From Candidatus Bathyarchaeota archaeon (lineage in GTDB: Archaea; Thermoproteota; Bathyarchaeia; Bathyarchaeales; Bathycorpusculaceae): a stretch of DNA of 64,000 nucleotides. Shown here piece by piece: positions 9,414-19,341 of this stretch (positions are counted from its first letter, which is position 1; each line of letters starts with the position of its first letter). The DNA lies in assembly GCA_963833575.1 (NCBI GenBank), contig CAWHXY010000004.1, positions 736,001-800,000 of the forward strand. The letters are read 5' to 3'. The position numbers were made by a program, and so were the translations under genes. A model generated the notes under the pieces. It made no database searches. It saw only the letters and a list, made by a program, of their open reading frames with translations, and had not been told where the DNA came from.

Positions 9414-10118
9414 ATGGCACTCCACAAAAAGGGTCAGACTCAGAGAAAAGAAAATAATTCAATAACAAATAAACAGCAGAGAGTCTGCGAGCGGGTAATC
9501 TCTAATTTCTTAATGATGAGTGCATCAACTTTAGAAGTGCCAGTGCAAAAAGACCAGCTTACTATTGCAGCAGCACAATTTACTGAAGCTCGTGACAGCT
9601 TAAATGCGCACATAAGAATCTCTATAAAAGAAAAAAGTATAGTTTTGGAAAAAGATAACGCGCAAACAACAGTTGATAGCAAGAATGGGAAACATTCACG
9701 AAGCACAAAAACAGTCTCAAAAGAAAAGAAAACGGTTGCCAAACCCAAAATACTAAAAGAAAAGAGCAAAAAAGAAGCTACGATTCAACTCTCAGAGGCA
9801 CCTTCACAAAGTCAGTGTGAAGAAATCATAACTAAATTCTTAGCAACAAAAAGTACAGAAACGCGAACAGCAATAATTCAGCAATTTACTGCTGCAGGAA
9901 TACCGATTGCAAACACAAACACCCAAACACAAACCAATAAAAACTGCATCGTACAAAGCGTAGAACTACATTTTAGCGAAGACAGCAAAAGGTCAGCCGT
10001 ACTTGAATTCATTAAAGCACGAGACAATATGAATGCGCAGATAAAAGTTCGCTTCTCCAAGCAAGGAGTAATCTTAATCAAAGTTGAAAACTCAACAAAA
10101 ACAGTGAAAGAAAACTGA
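9414..10118 (+). CDS. Hypothetical protein with an internal two-fold repeat
   Basis: CERVISNFL..FTEARDSLNAHIRISI versus CEEIITKFL..FIKARDNMNAQIKVRF, joined by a Lys-rich linker. Confidence 0.75.
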   Translation: MALHKKGQTQRKENNSITNKQQRVCERVISNFLMMSASTLEVPVQKDQLTIAAAQFTEARDSLNAHIRISIKEKSIVLEKDNAQTTVDSKNGKHSRSTKTVSKEKKTVAKPKILKEKSKKEATIQLSEAPSQSQCEEIITKFLATKSTETRTAIIQQFTAAGIPIANTNTQTQTNKNCIVQSVELHFSEDSKRSAVLEFIKARDNMNAQIKVRFSKQGVILIKVENSTKTVKEN

Positions 10119-10240
10119 CTTTAACAACATACAGTGGATTAACTAAATTTTTAAGTTTCTTGTAACACAACTTACTCTTTGAATAATAGAAGAGTAATCA
10201 TAAACTTGATATGCAGGTAATTAGTTTCTTAAACAGTTAA

Positions 10241-10368
10241 GGGGTTTGCTGAGGCTCCGGAAAAAAAATTTTTTCTTTTAGGAGAAAAAGAAAAATGCAA
10301 ATTTCTTTCTTCACGATCCTATGTCACGTATCGTGAATTTTTAACCCGAGCCCACTCAGCCCCAATTT
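10241..10368. repeat. Conserved structured element, copy 2 (3' of beta-propeller gene 1)
   Basis: Near-identical to copies 1 and 3; about 65 bp beyond the stop codon at 10434. Confidence 0.92.
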
Positions 10369-10392
10369 TTGCTTAAACTGTTTTTAAAGACT

Positions 10393-10425
10393 AAAAAAAG
10401 AAAAGGGAAAGTTGTTTCCATTTTT
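10393..10425 (-). terminator. Hairpin plus U-tract after beta-propeller gene 1
   Basis: Minus strand reads AAAAATGGAAA-CAAC-TTTCCCTTTT followed by CTTTTTTT. Confidence 0.5.
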
Positions 10426-10433
10426 GCTTCACT

Positions 10434-13073
10434 TTATTGTCGTTTTCTGAGCAGTAGCATCGCGAGAACAGCGCCGATAATGATTATGATAATTATCGTT
10501 GCTATTCCTAAGCTCATGATGTATGACTGGGTTGATGCCAAGCTTATCGGTGTAGCTGTTGGTGCTGCTGTTGCTGCGGTGGTTGCGGTGAGATGTGTTT
10601 CAGAGTATGATGGATAGTACCCGTTTGTGCCTGCGAAAGTAGCATAAATTGTGTAGCTGCCTGGAATTGTGGGTGCCCATGTTAAGCTGTAGCTGCCGCT
10701 TGCGTCGGTTGTTGCGCTTCCGATGGCATAGTGGTTGCCGTTAGAGTCTAAGACTGCGAGCTGCACTGGAACTCCTGTGAAGTTTGTTGGTTCAGGTTGT
10801 TGTTGGTAAACATAGCCCATCCATTCACGCATGCTAGCGTCAGATGATACTGGAACTCCGTTTGGAAAATTACCAGCTACCTGTGTTTGCTTTGAGCCTG
10901 CGGCGATGTCTGTTACTGTGCCTTGTATGACTACGTTGGTTCCTGTATTCACGGTTGTAAGTGGTGCTTGGACTGTGGTTTGACTTGGGCCTCTGCCTAC
11001 AACGTAGATTTGGTTGTCATAGCCGTTGAACCACGTGTTGTAGCCGTCTGCCATAGCGTAGCTGAAGACCAAGAATTCACCCGTGTATCCTGAGATTGTC
11101 CAGATTTCTGCTCCGGTTGTAGCGTTGATTGCGCGGTGCAATCCTCCTTTGAATAGTGGTGATTCAGGTGTGTGTTCTGTTGTAACGAGGTAGACTACTC
11201 CGCTGCCGATAGCGTTAACGAATGTTGGATAGTGAGCGAAAGGTGTTTCTAGTCCTGAATTTGTGCTGTTGCCTTCGCCGCCGTTACCGTATGTCCATAG
11301 AAGAGTGCCAGTCTTTGTATCATAGCAGTAGACTATTCCAGCGTAAGCGCTGACGTACATGTTGCCATAACCGAATCCGTTAGCTAAACTGCCTGATGCT
11401 GGGCTGCCATAGTAGTCAAGGTATGCTTGAGCTGCAGTTGGACCCCAAAGCTTTGCACCTGTATCCAAGCTATATCCTACGTACTGCGAAGTTTCCCTAT
11501 AGTTTTCGGTGAAGACGCGGTTTACTGGGTCAATCCCTGCTGCTAGGACAGTGATATTTCCTGCTGGTGGGTTAAGGGTTTCATGCCATATTATCGAACC
11601 GAGACTGCCGCTGCTTTGGGCAATGTTGATTGTGAAGTATGTGTATGGAGTCCAGCTTGCTGTCCCCATGAAGGTAGTGCCTATTGATGGTAGAGAGCCA
11701 GTGTAACCAAGCAGTATATCATTGGTTGCTCCGAGTTCAGTTACAGGGGCTGCAGTGTTCAGGTATGGTATGGAAACGTTAAAGTCGAACATTCTTGGAT
11801 CTGCTCCGTTAGTGATAGGTGGAATGACAGCAGGTGATGTTGATGCACCATTGTATTGACCAGTCCACAGTCGGGATGAGTTCCATTCTTGCAGATAGTA
11901 TTTTGGAGCGGTTGGAGTGCCAAGGTTGTTCAAGGTTAGTATTATGTGTTCACCGTTTGGACCGAGTATAGTTGTGCCTGAAGGAACGTTAGATACGTTG
12001 AACATTGGGTCGCCTGTGTAAGCATCAAAAGCTTGCCAAGATGACGTGAAAAGAATTGGTGGGTAAACTCCGTGTTGGTTAGAGTCTTGGACATCATAAA
12101 TGTAGGCGAATGACAGTGCAGGTACGTCGGTTCGAGACCAAATGAGTTGTCCTGTTTGCAAATTCACGCAGTCAGTTGGTCCGGTGCTGGCGCCGTTGAA
12201 TGATATTGGTTCAGTGTAGTACAAATATCCGTCAACAATTATTGGATTTTGGTATCTTTGATTGTACGCGGACCCCTCGAAGTATGAGTCTGCCACGATT
12301 GCAGTTTGGTTTCCTCCAACAATACCGCCCATTTGCAGGGGCTTGGTCCACATAACGTGGCTGGTAAGAGAGCCTACTAGGTCTCCTGCTCCGGCATATT
12401 GTTCACCGTTTCCTCCCATGTTAAAAGTATTAGCAAAGCCATAGTATCCTGGCGCACCGGTACCTAGCCAGTTTGATGAAATTGAGTACCAGTTGGTGTT
12501 ATATTGGTATATTGGTCGTGTCCAGTAGTTTGTTGGAAGAGGAGCTAATGGGTAATTGGAAATTGGTGAATTTTGAACGTTGAGAGTTGTCGAAGCACTG
12601 CTGGCTAAATAAGTGTCATTAGTGTATGCGCTTGGTCCAAAAGAGAAGGTGATAAATGACATAACGGGCTCAGTCCATGTGTATACCATTCCTGGGAAAC
12701 TGAAGGTAAGAGTGTACGTGCCAGTTTGGGTAGGCGTGAAGAAATAGTCCTGTGCTGATGTTGAATCCTGTACAATAGGCCAAGTTTGTGTTGTATTTGT
12801 ACCGTCAGGCGCAGTAATGATGAGTTTGTAGTTCTGGAATCGAATATCATTAGCTATTACTGCTCCATCTGGAACCAAGTTAAGCCACATGATAACTTCC
12901 ACTGATTGACCTGTGCCGACTGGGTTTGGTGAAGCATTAATGTAAGCGTAAGTTGGAATCTGCCAAGCAGGTGTGTGTGCGCTGGTAGATGGTAATAGCA
13001 TGACTGATGCCATCATTGAGATTGTTAAGAAGATAGCGATCGCAATAGATTTGGTTTTTAAATTTCTAGACAT
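10434..13073 (-). CDS. Secreted, C-terminally membrane-anchored PQQ-like beta-propeller surface protein (paralogue 1, 879 aa from ATG 13073)
   Basis: Signal peptide ending TSA|HTPAW, repeated TGxxxW blade motifs, Ig-like C-domain, PTATP linker, TM helix plus RKRQ tail; AGGAG RBS at 13085-13089. Confidence 0.88.
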   Translation of the reverse strand: MSRNLKTKSIAIAIFLTISMMASVMLLPSTSAHTPAWQIPTYAYINASPNPVGTGQSVEVIMWLNLVPDGAVIANDIRFQNYKLIITAPDGTNTTQTWPIVQDSTSAQDYFFTPTQTGTYTLTFSFPGMVYTWTEPVMSFITFSFGPSAYTNDTYLASSASTTLNVQNSPISNYPLAPLPTNYWTRPIYQYNTNWYSISSNWLGTGAPGYYGFANTFNMGGNGEQYAGAGDLVGSLTSHVMWTKPLQMGGIVGGNQTAIVADSYFEGSAYNQRYQNPIIVDGYLYYTEPISFNGASTGPTDCVNLQTGQLIWSRTDVPALSFAYIYDVQDSNQHGVYPPILFTSSWQAFDAYTGDPMFNVSNVPSGTTILGPNGEHIILTLNNLGTPTAPKYYLQEWNSSRLWTGQYNGASTSPAVIPPITNGADPRMFDFNVSIPYLNTAAPVTELGATNDILLGYTGSLPSIGTTFMGTASWTPYTYFTINIAQSSGSLGSIIWHETLNPPAGNITVLAAGIDPVNRVFTENYRETSQYVGYSLDTGAKLWGPTAAQAYLDYYGSPASGSLANGFGYGNMYVSAYAGIVYCYDTKTGTLLWTYGNGGEGNSTNSGLETPFAHYPTFVNAIGSGVVYLVTTEHTPESPLFKGGLHRAINATTGAEIWTISGYTGEFLVFSYAMADGYNTWFNGYDNQIYVVGRGPSQTTVQAPLTTVNTGTNVVIQGTVTDIAAGSKQTQVAGNFPNGVPVSSDASMREWMGYVYQQQPEPTNFTGVPVQLAVLDSNGNHYAIGSATTDASGSYSLTWAPTIPGSYTIYATFAGTNGYYPSYSETHLTATTAATAAPTATPISLASTQSYIMSLGIATIIIIIIIGAVLAMLLLRKRQ

Positions 13074-13252
13074 TTTTTTGTTTTCTCCTTTTTTCGATGC
13101 AAAGAGATTCAGGGTGTACATATTTAAAACTTTATAAAAACTTAGAATTTCCTCAAAAAGAATGCAAATCTAATAGTTAAAATGCATTTTTATAAGTTAT
13201 TGTAAAAAAACCATAACAAAAATCCGTAACACCAATTATGTGACAATACACG

Positions 13253-14296
13253 ATGAATTTAAATATAATGAAAAAGTACCATGAACTCAAACGAGGGATA
13301 ATAGTCCTAAACGAACCTGTTAGCGCAGTTCAGGCAAAAATTCTCAAAGAGTTGCTAGCAGATGGCCGCAAAACTGAAAACGAAATAGCCAAAAAAATCA
13401 GCCAAAAAAAAGAAGATGTTAAAAAGAATTTTGCTAAAATGCAAGAAAATGGAATAATCACGGGTGCAACAATACACATTAACTACAAAAAATTTGGCTA
13501 TAAGGCTGTTGCTCACATTCTAATCAATGTTGATCCGAAACAAGAAGATCAGCTAATTGAATGCCTGAAAAAAATGCCAGAGATCTATTCCTTCTATAGC
13601 AGAGGGATCAAAGGAAACATAGACGTTGTTACAACCCTCAAAACTCTTGAACAATTAAACGAAATTAAGGACAATATCAAAAGAGATTTTTCAATTTTAG
13701 AAATGAAAACCGCAATCTGGACAGACGTAAAAGAAATGAACGAAAACTTGGCAATAATTCCAGAGAATAGGAAAAACAAAATTCAAACAGATTATCTTCA
13801 AAGCAAGTCGCAAATAACCAGTAATTCTCAGAATATCGTTTTGGATAAGATCGACCAGAAAATTGCGGATAAATTGTCCGAGAATGGCCGATTGTCAATG
13901 GAGATCTTGGGCAAAGAATTAGATATTGCCCCTGAAATGGCCAAGAGAAGATATGAAAAACTCAAGAAGAATGGCCTCCTAAAGGTGACAATTCAAGTTA
14001 ACCCTACCAAAATAGGATACCAAGCCTTATGCGTCTTTTTCATCACAACTTCGAACGAAAACACATTTTTAATCATTAACAGAATCGGCAGAATACATGA
14101 CATAATAAGCATAATGAAAACGACAGGGGACTATGATCTTCAAATATACGCAATGATACAGGATCTCGATCAATTACTTTCTATTCGAGAAGAACTAGGC
14201 AAAATTCCTGGTATAATGAGAATGGACACAGAAATATTGCGGTTAGACAGATTGCAGAAATGGCCAAGCCCACGCCAGTACACATCAACTTTTTGA
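13253..14296 (+). CDS. Tandem double-domain Lrp/AsnC regulator
   Basis: Two HTH plus effector-domain units (KILKELLADGR and DKIDQKIADKLSENGR), TTGDYDL, C-terminus WPSPRQYTSTF. Confidence 0.9.
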   Translation: MNLNIMKKYHELKRGIIVLNEPVSAVQAKILKELLADGRKTENEIAKKISQKKEDVKKNFAKMQENGIITGATIHINYKKFGYKAVAHILINVDPKQEDQLIECLKKMPEIYSFYSRGIKGNIDVVTTLKTLEQLNEIKDNIKRDFSILEMKTAIWTDVKEMNENLAIIPENRKNKIQTDYLQSKSQITSNSQNIVLDKIDQKIADKLSENGRLSMEILGKELDIAPEMAKRRYEKLKKNGLLKVTIQVNPTKIGYQALCVFFITTSNENTFLIINRIGRIHDIISIMKTTGDYDLQIYAMIQDLDQLLSIREELGKIPGIMRMDTEILRLDRLQKWPSPRQYTSTF

Positions 14297-14420
14297 TTAA
14301 ATCAACCAAAATAGCTAAGAATTTTGAAAAATAGTAATTTCATCTGAAAAAACAAGTAAAACAATAAGAAATCTTAAATTTCATGAATTATCAAAAGTTA
14401 GACAAAAGGGTAAAATTCGC

Positions 14421-15404
14421 GTGCATAAAATCAACGAACTTGATTCACAAATACTAAAAAAACTACTACAAGACGGGCGACGGGGCTATAACGAAATAGC
14501 TGAAGAACACAGAATTTCAGAAAACAAAGTTTGGAAGCGCTGCAGAGCAATGGAGCAAAAAGGCATAATTACTGGAGCAAGCGTTCAGATGAATTTTGGT
14601 CATTTTGGATTCGATGCACTTGTAACTTTGTTAATAAGTGTTGAAGCACAACAAATAGAAAAAGCTATGGAAACCATAAGTCAAGTAACTGACGTAAGAG
14701 CTTATCGGCAGTATAACAGCGTTTATAATATTCGAGCAGTAGCAACTCTCAAGGACCTAAACGAGTTAGATCATTTTAAGCAATTAATCAAACGAAAACT
14801 TCCCACGTTAGGTTTAAAATCTTATATTTGGACAGGGGTCAGAAATATTCCTGAAAACTTAAACCTGACCAATTCTTCCAATGCTTATGACGAAAACATT
14901 GAGCGAAATCAAAGCAACACAATCTCTATGCAAAATGAAGGATACCTAATTGATGAGTTGGACAAACTAATAGTTAACAAACTCACATCAGACGGGGAAA
15001 TGTCTTTTACCCGAATTGCCCAAGAAATGAAATTGTCAACGGACACAGTTTTGAAAAGATACTATAAGCTTAGAAAAAGCGGATCAATAAAAGTTTCAAT
15101 CCAAATTAATCCAAACAAAATTGGTTATAAATCGATCTTGGATTTTAATGTGGCTTTTACAACGCCCGGTAATTTCTCAGATGCGGTGATTGAATCATTG
15201 GCAAGAATACCAGACGTAATCATCATCACAAAAACTAGCGGCGACTTCGATTTGCAAGTGACAGCCATGATAAGAGATATTCCGCAATCTTTCACTATTC
15301 AAGATCAGATATCGAGAATTTACGGAATCACGAAAATTGAAACTAGCGCTAGAAAAATCCCCGACAAATGGCCGACGCCACAACAGTATATATCAACATT
15401 CTAA
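14421..15404 (+). CDS. Tandem double-domain Lrp/AsnC regulator
   Basis: LDSQILKKLLQDGR and DELDKLIVNKL HTHs, TSGDFDL, C-terminus WPTPQQYISTF. Confidence 0.9.
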   Translation: MHKINELDSQILKKLLQDGRRGYNEIAEEHRISENKVWKRCRAMEQKGIITGASVQMNFGHFGFDALVTLLISVEAQQIEKAMETISQVTDVRAYRQYNSVYNIRAVATLKDLNELDHFKQLIKRKLPTLGLKSYIWTGVRNIPENLNLTNSSNAYDENIERNQSNTISMQNEGYLIDELDKLIVNKLTSDGEMSFTRIAQEMKLSTDTVLKRYYKLRKSGSIKVSIQINPNKIGYKSILDFNVAFTTPGNFSDAVIESLARIPDVIIITKTSGDFDLQVTAMIRDIPQSFTIQDQISRIYGITKIETSARKIPDKWPTPQQYISTF

Positions 15405-15548
15405 ATAAGCATTTTTTCCAAAATAATTACTTTATTTACAGAGACAAATCATTTTGCTCCTAGGTTGTTGAGAAAATATTTTACCTTTTTTAGAAGCCCA
15501 TTAAGAATATTCTCGAAATAAAGCCACATAAAAATCTTAAGCGTAGTA

Positions 15549-15659
15549 GTGGTTTGCTTAGGCTCTTGAGTTGTTCCTTAGGAGAAAACGAGCAAAGGCA
15601 AATGTTCTATCATGATTGCAAACTATTATGATTAAGTCAAAGCCAACTGAGCCTCAATT
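15549..15659. repeat. Conserved structured element, diverged copy 4 (orphan)
   Basis: GGTTTGCTTAGGCTC...TTAGGAGAAAA...GCAAAT...AGCCAACTGAGCCTCAATT keeps the same order of landmarks and stems. Confidence 0.75.
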
Positions 15660-15936
15660 CGTCCCTATTATGCGTTTAAGAACTGAAAAAAAGCGAAATA
15701 TTGGTTCTTGTTTAGAGTCAATACTCGGAAAATTTTTTCAGAATAATAGTAAAGAAACTAACCAGGGCCTACTTTTTAAGCAGACGTGTTTCCAATAATT
15801 GGGAACATCAAAAAAGAGAAATCGCAAGTTCATCGGGCATTATTATTAATTAAGATTTTTTTAGTCCAGTCGGTAAATTTGGGCAAGCGGCTGAGAAGCT
15901 TATTATTTAAGAATAGAATTAAATTCCGTGAGCTAA

Positions 15937-16413
15937 ATGGATGGTATCGTAGAAATAGATGATACTGATGAAAAGATTTTACATATATTGATCGAAGATG
16001 CGCATACAAGTTTAAAGGATATTGCGAAGGAATGCAATGTATCGTCCGTGTCTGTTTTAAATAGAATTAAGCGTTTGAAAAACCTTGGAGTGATTACGGG
16101 GGCAACACTCTTCACTGACCTTAGCTTAGTAGGGTTTCACATCGTTGCTACAATTGGAATGGAAACAGACTCAAATTCAGATGAAATCATTAGCTACTTC
16201 AAGCAAAATACATACTTGATCGAGCCAGCGACAAGTGTTGGTGAATATGACTTATGCGCTCTAATCTACGCCGAAAACATTTCGAACTTAAATGAAAAAA
16301 CTGAAGCAGTTAGAAAGCGATTTGGTATAAGAAAAGTAATAGTTAATGTTTGGTCAGGTATACCGCACATCACTTTTGAGAATATTGATCTGAACCCATT
16401 AAAAAAAGGTTGA
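15937..16413 (+). CDS. Lrp/AsnC regulator (resembles N-half of the double-domain paralogues)
   Basis: IDDTDEKILHILIEDA HTH, GVITGAT and VGEYDL. Confidence 0.88.
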   Translation: MDGIVEIDDTDEKILHILIEDAHTSLKDIAKECNVSSVSVLNRIKRLKNLGVITGATLFTDLSLVGFHIVATIGMETDSNSDEIISYFKQNTYLIEPATSVGEYDLCALIYAENISNLNEKTEAVRKRFGIRKVIVNVWSGIPHITFENIDLNPLKKG

Positions 16414-16416
16414 ATC

Positions 16417-16899
16417 ATGGATAAGATAGATTACCTAATATTTAGTGAACTGTTGAAAGACGCTTCTCTTTCATATGTTAAGATTTCACATAAATTAGGC
16501 ATCTCATCGTACACAGTCAGGAGACACTATGAAAAAATGAAAAAAGAAGGAGCAATCCAAAAATGCATCGTGTCTATTGACCTTTCAAAATTAGGCTATC
16601 AGGGAAAAGCATTATTATTAATCACTGTAGCTCCGAACAGCAATAAATCTGACACATTAGCTTACCTTAAGAAAATTAGAAATATTATGGTTATTACAGA
16701 AATAATTGGACCGTATGATATTATTGCAATTGCCCCCATTACGGACCTAAAAAATATTCAAACACTGGTTAAAGAGGTAAGAGAGGCCCCTTGTTTGCAA
16801 AGAGTTGAAATAGCATGTATAGATGACACGCATTTCCCAATAGGACCGAATTTTAACACTATACTTAGTCAAAGATGTTGCGCACTAGCAACAAAATGA
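16417..16899 (+). CDS. Lrp/AsnC regulator (resembles C-half of the double-domain paralogues)
   Basis: MDKIDYLIFSELLKDA HTH, SKLGYQ and IGPYDI. Confidence 0.88.
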   Translation: MDKIDYLIFSELLKDASLSYVKISHKLGISSYTVRRHYEKMKKEGAIQKCIVSIDLSKLGYQGKALLLITVAPNSNKSDTLAYLKKIRNIMVITEIIGPYDIIAIAPITDLKNIQTLVKEVREAPCLQRVEIACIDDTHFPIGPNFNTILSQRCCALATK

Positions 16900-17192
16900 G
16901 GCAAACTTGATATAGCAGTCAAAAGAAAAAACAAAAAACAATTTCTCTGGATTACGTCAGGTCTTTGATAAATATTCTTAGAGTTTGCTAAGAGAAAAAA
17001 ACGCAATTCTTGAAGGTAAGTATCTAAAAGTTGGGAAAAGATCCGGAAAATTTTGCAGGATAGGTTATTCCTCTTCGAAAAGCAGCTAAAATATGTTAGA
17101 GCGTACCATATTTTTAACTCAGTTTTCCTAACTTAATACTTTTAAATCAAAATGAGTCTCAAGCTGTGTATTTAGGTTAATTTTATATCTAA

Positions 17193-17417
17193 ATGAAGAA
17201 TAGTCTATTTATGAGTGGATTTAGCGAAATGGAGAAGATTGCTGAAGGCATCAGTGACTTTGGTGATTTTAGAGCGATTTTGTTCAAAACGTCAGATGGT
17301 CGTCATTTTGTGCGGTTTCTGCCCTTTGAGAACTCGGAAAAACCTCACACGCAGTGGCTTCCTGGTGATGACTATTTGGAATGGCTCAGATGTTGTGATA
17401 AATGTTCTGCAACGTGA
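17193..17417 (+). CDS. Small hypothetical protein with C-terminal CxxC
   Basis: 74-aa ORF ending WLRCCDKC; no family recognised. Confidence 0.4.
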   Translation: MKNSLFMSGFSEMEKIAEGISDFGDFRAILFKTSDGRHFVRFLPFENSEKPHTQWLPGDDYLEWLRCCDKCSAT

Positions 17418-17487
17418 ATTACTCTAATCCAGGGTTAAGTGAGGATATGTAAGAAAGAGTTGTGGACATAACCCCTTTTGCGGATGT

Positions 17488-19341
17488 CTATTCTGTCATG
17501 TAAGTGATGTCATCCCATGGGTGCCTATAGAGGCCCTGCTTTAGCCGTTTTTGGTCCAAAAAGTGGGCTGTCATTCCTATGGTTCTGCCCACAACAAACA
17601 ACCCGTTTAATGCACCCATTTTAATATACTCGTCGGCTTCCTGCTTGGTCATCTCGGTTCTTAGCATGTCAACGAAGCAAATGCCAATGCACCCATCAAC
17701 ATTGAGGATGAGATTGTCTTTCTTGGCTGTTGTCAGCTTTTCAACTTCAAGTGCATAGTCCAAAAGCGGGGTAGCTTTGAAGTGTTTCTTGGCGTATTCT
17801 TTCAGTATAGTTACTCTCTTGTCAGGGTTGTTTACGCTCTTTACCAAGTGCCCGATGCCTTGGATGTTTTCACCCTTTTTCTTCATTTCCTCGACGAACT
17901 CTGCTGGCGTTAAGCCTCTGTCAAAAGCGTCAGAAAAACTCTGAGCAGCTCCGTCGATTGCGCCTCCGAACCGTGGACCGATAGTTAGCATACCGCTTGC
18001 CACTGAGGACATCAAGTCTTTTCCTGCTCTTGCTGCGACTATAGCGTTGTGGGCACCTGACACTGCAGGTCCATGGTCAGCCGTCACCATGATGGTCATC
18101 TCTATAAACTTTGAGGCATATGAGGGGAACTGACGTTTGAACCACAGTATGCTCAATACGCCACCAATTCCTATGTCCTGCTTGAAAACCTCGGAAATTG
18201 GCATCTTACCGTAAAGCAGTTCTTCTCCTCTGTCGTCAGAAATTGTGCATATAAAGTTAGAGGGCTTTCTGATAATCCCTGCTTTCAATGCCTTGGCATA
18301 ATCCATCGGAATCTTCGGTACTGGTGGTTCTGGCTTTGGCTTGATGATGCCCTTTTGAACCAAGTTTTCGTATGTCTCCCTTATTTTTTCGTCGTAATCG
18401 TCGTAGGAGTTTGGAACAATTGCTCCAGCTGCTTTTAGAGCCAAGTTCTTTGCATCTGCAGTTTCCACTTCTGAACCTGCTTTTGCGCCTGCGTGGCCGA
18501 ACTGAACCTCAGTTTTGAATGCCTTGGAACAAGTGCCGGTTACCCAAATAACCAGTGGCTTTGTTATCTTCTTTTTCTTTATAGCTTCAGCGATTTCGTA
18601 TTCTCCCCTGCCCCCTACTTCGCCCAAGCACACCAGCATCTTAATTTCTGGAATAGACTCGAACCTAAGAAGATGATCTAAAAGTGTTGATCCAGGGTGT
18701 GTATCTCCGCCAATTGCAATGCCCTCGTACAGTCCATCAGTGTTTCTAGCAATAATGTTATACGCCTCATTGCTTAGACCACCTGATTTAGAAACAAAAC
18801 CAACAGACCCTGGTCTATGAAGCTTCGACTCTATTATGTTTTCGATTGTACCGCCTGCATTTCCAATTTTAAAGCACCCAGCTTTTATTCCTCCAACAGT
18901 CGCTGGACCGATGATGACCTTTCCAAGTGCTTTCGATTTGGCTGTGAGCAACTTCATTCGCCGCTCCGGCACTCCCTCGGCTATTATCACAATAGTGCGA
19001 AGTTGCGGTATAGCCAACGCTTCATCGGTTGAAGGTGCGGCTGACCTGAAAGAAGCAAAATTAATCATCACATCAGCATTAGGATGCATCATCGCCGCTT
19101 TTTCAATCGTTTTGTAAATGGGGATTAAAATTTCGCGCGTGCCAAAGAAGCACTTTGAGAAGCTATCTGAACCTGTTGGGTTGATGATTGCTGCTACAGA
19201 CGGGGTCTCTCGACCTGAGGCATAGTCAAAATCTAGCATCCGTTGTGTTGCTGCCACTTGGTTGTTATAAATGAATGATTGGGTTTTTTTGGTGAACAAC
19301 TCACTTGAGGGAGTTTGCGCGATTGATTCTTTGTTTGACAT
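17488..19341 (-). CDS. aclA: ATP-citrate lyase large subunit (CoA-binding, phospho-His and citryl-CoA lyase domains)
   Basis: [39 protein letters not shown] and LNVDG. Confidence 0.95.
   Translation of the reverse strand: MSNKESIAQTPSSELFTKKTQSFIYNNQVAATQRMLDFDYASGRETPSVAAIINPTGSDSFSKCFFGTREILIPIYKTIEKAAMMHPNADVMINFASFRSAAPSTDEALAIPQLRTIVIIAEGVPERRMKLLTAKSKALGKVIIGPATVGGIKAGCFKIGNAGGTIENIIESKLHRPGSVGFVSKSGGLSNEAYNIIARNTDGLYEGIAIGGDTHPGSTLLDHLLRFESIPEIKMLVCLGEVGGRGEYEIAEAIKKKKITKPLVIWVTGTCSKAFKTEVQFGHAGAKAGSEVETADAKNLALKAAGAIVPNSYDDYDEKIRETYENLVQKGIIKPKPEPPVPKIPMDYAKALKAGIIRKPSNFICTISDDRGEELLYGKMPISEVFKQDIGIGGVLSILWFKRQFPSYASKFIEMTIMVTADHGPAVSGAHNAIVAARAGKDLMSSVASGMLTIGPRFGGAIDGAAQSFSDAFDRGLTPAEFVEEMKKKGENIQGIGHLVKSVNNPDKRVTILKEYAKKHFKATPLLDYALEVEKLTTAKKDNLILNVDGCIGICFVDMLRTEMTKQEADEYIKMGALNGLFVVGRTIGMTAHFLDQKRLKQGLYRHPWDDITYMTE

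Noticed and set aside
13074-13121. ORF-track N-terminal extension of paralogue 1
   Set aside because: An AGGAG RBS precedes ATG 13073, and paralogue 2 starts at the equivalent position.
15616-15798. Short ORFs 15616-15798, 10369-10617, 30994-31176, 59233-59421 and the many antisense ORFs within long genes
   Set aside because: They are shadow ORFs overlapping real genes or repeats, or short AT-rich intergenic frames, with no recognisable motifs.
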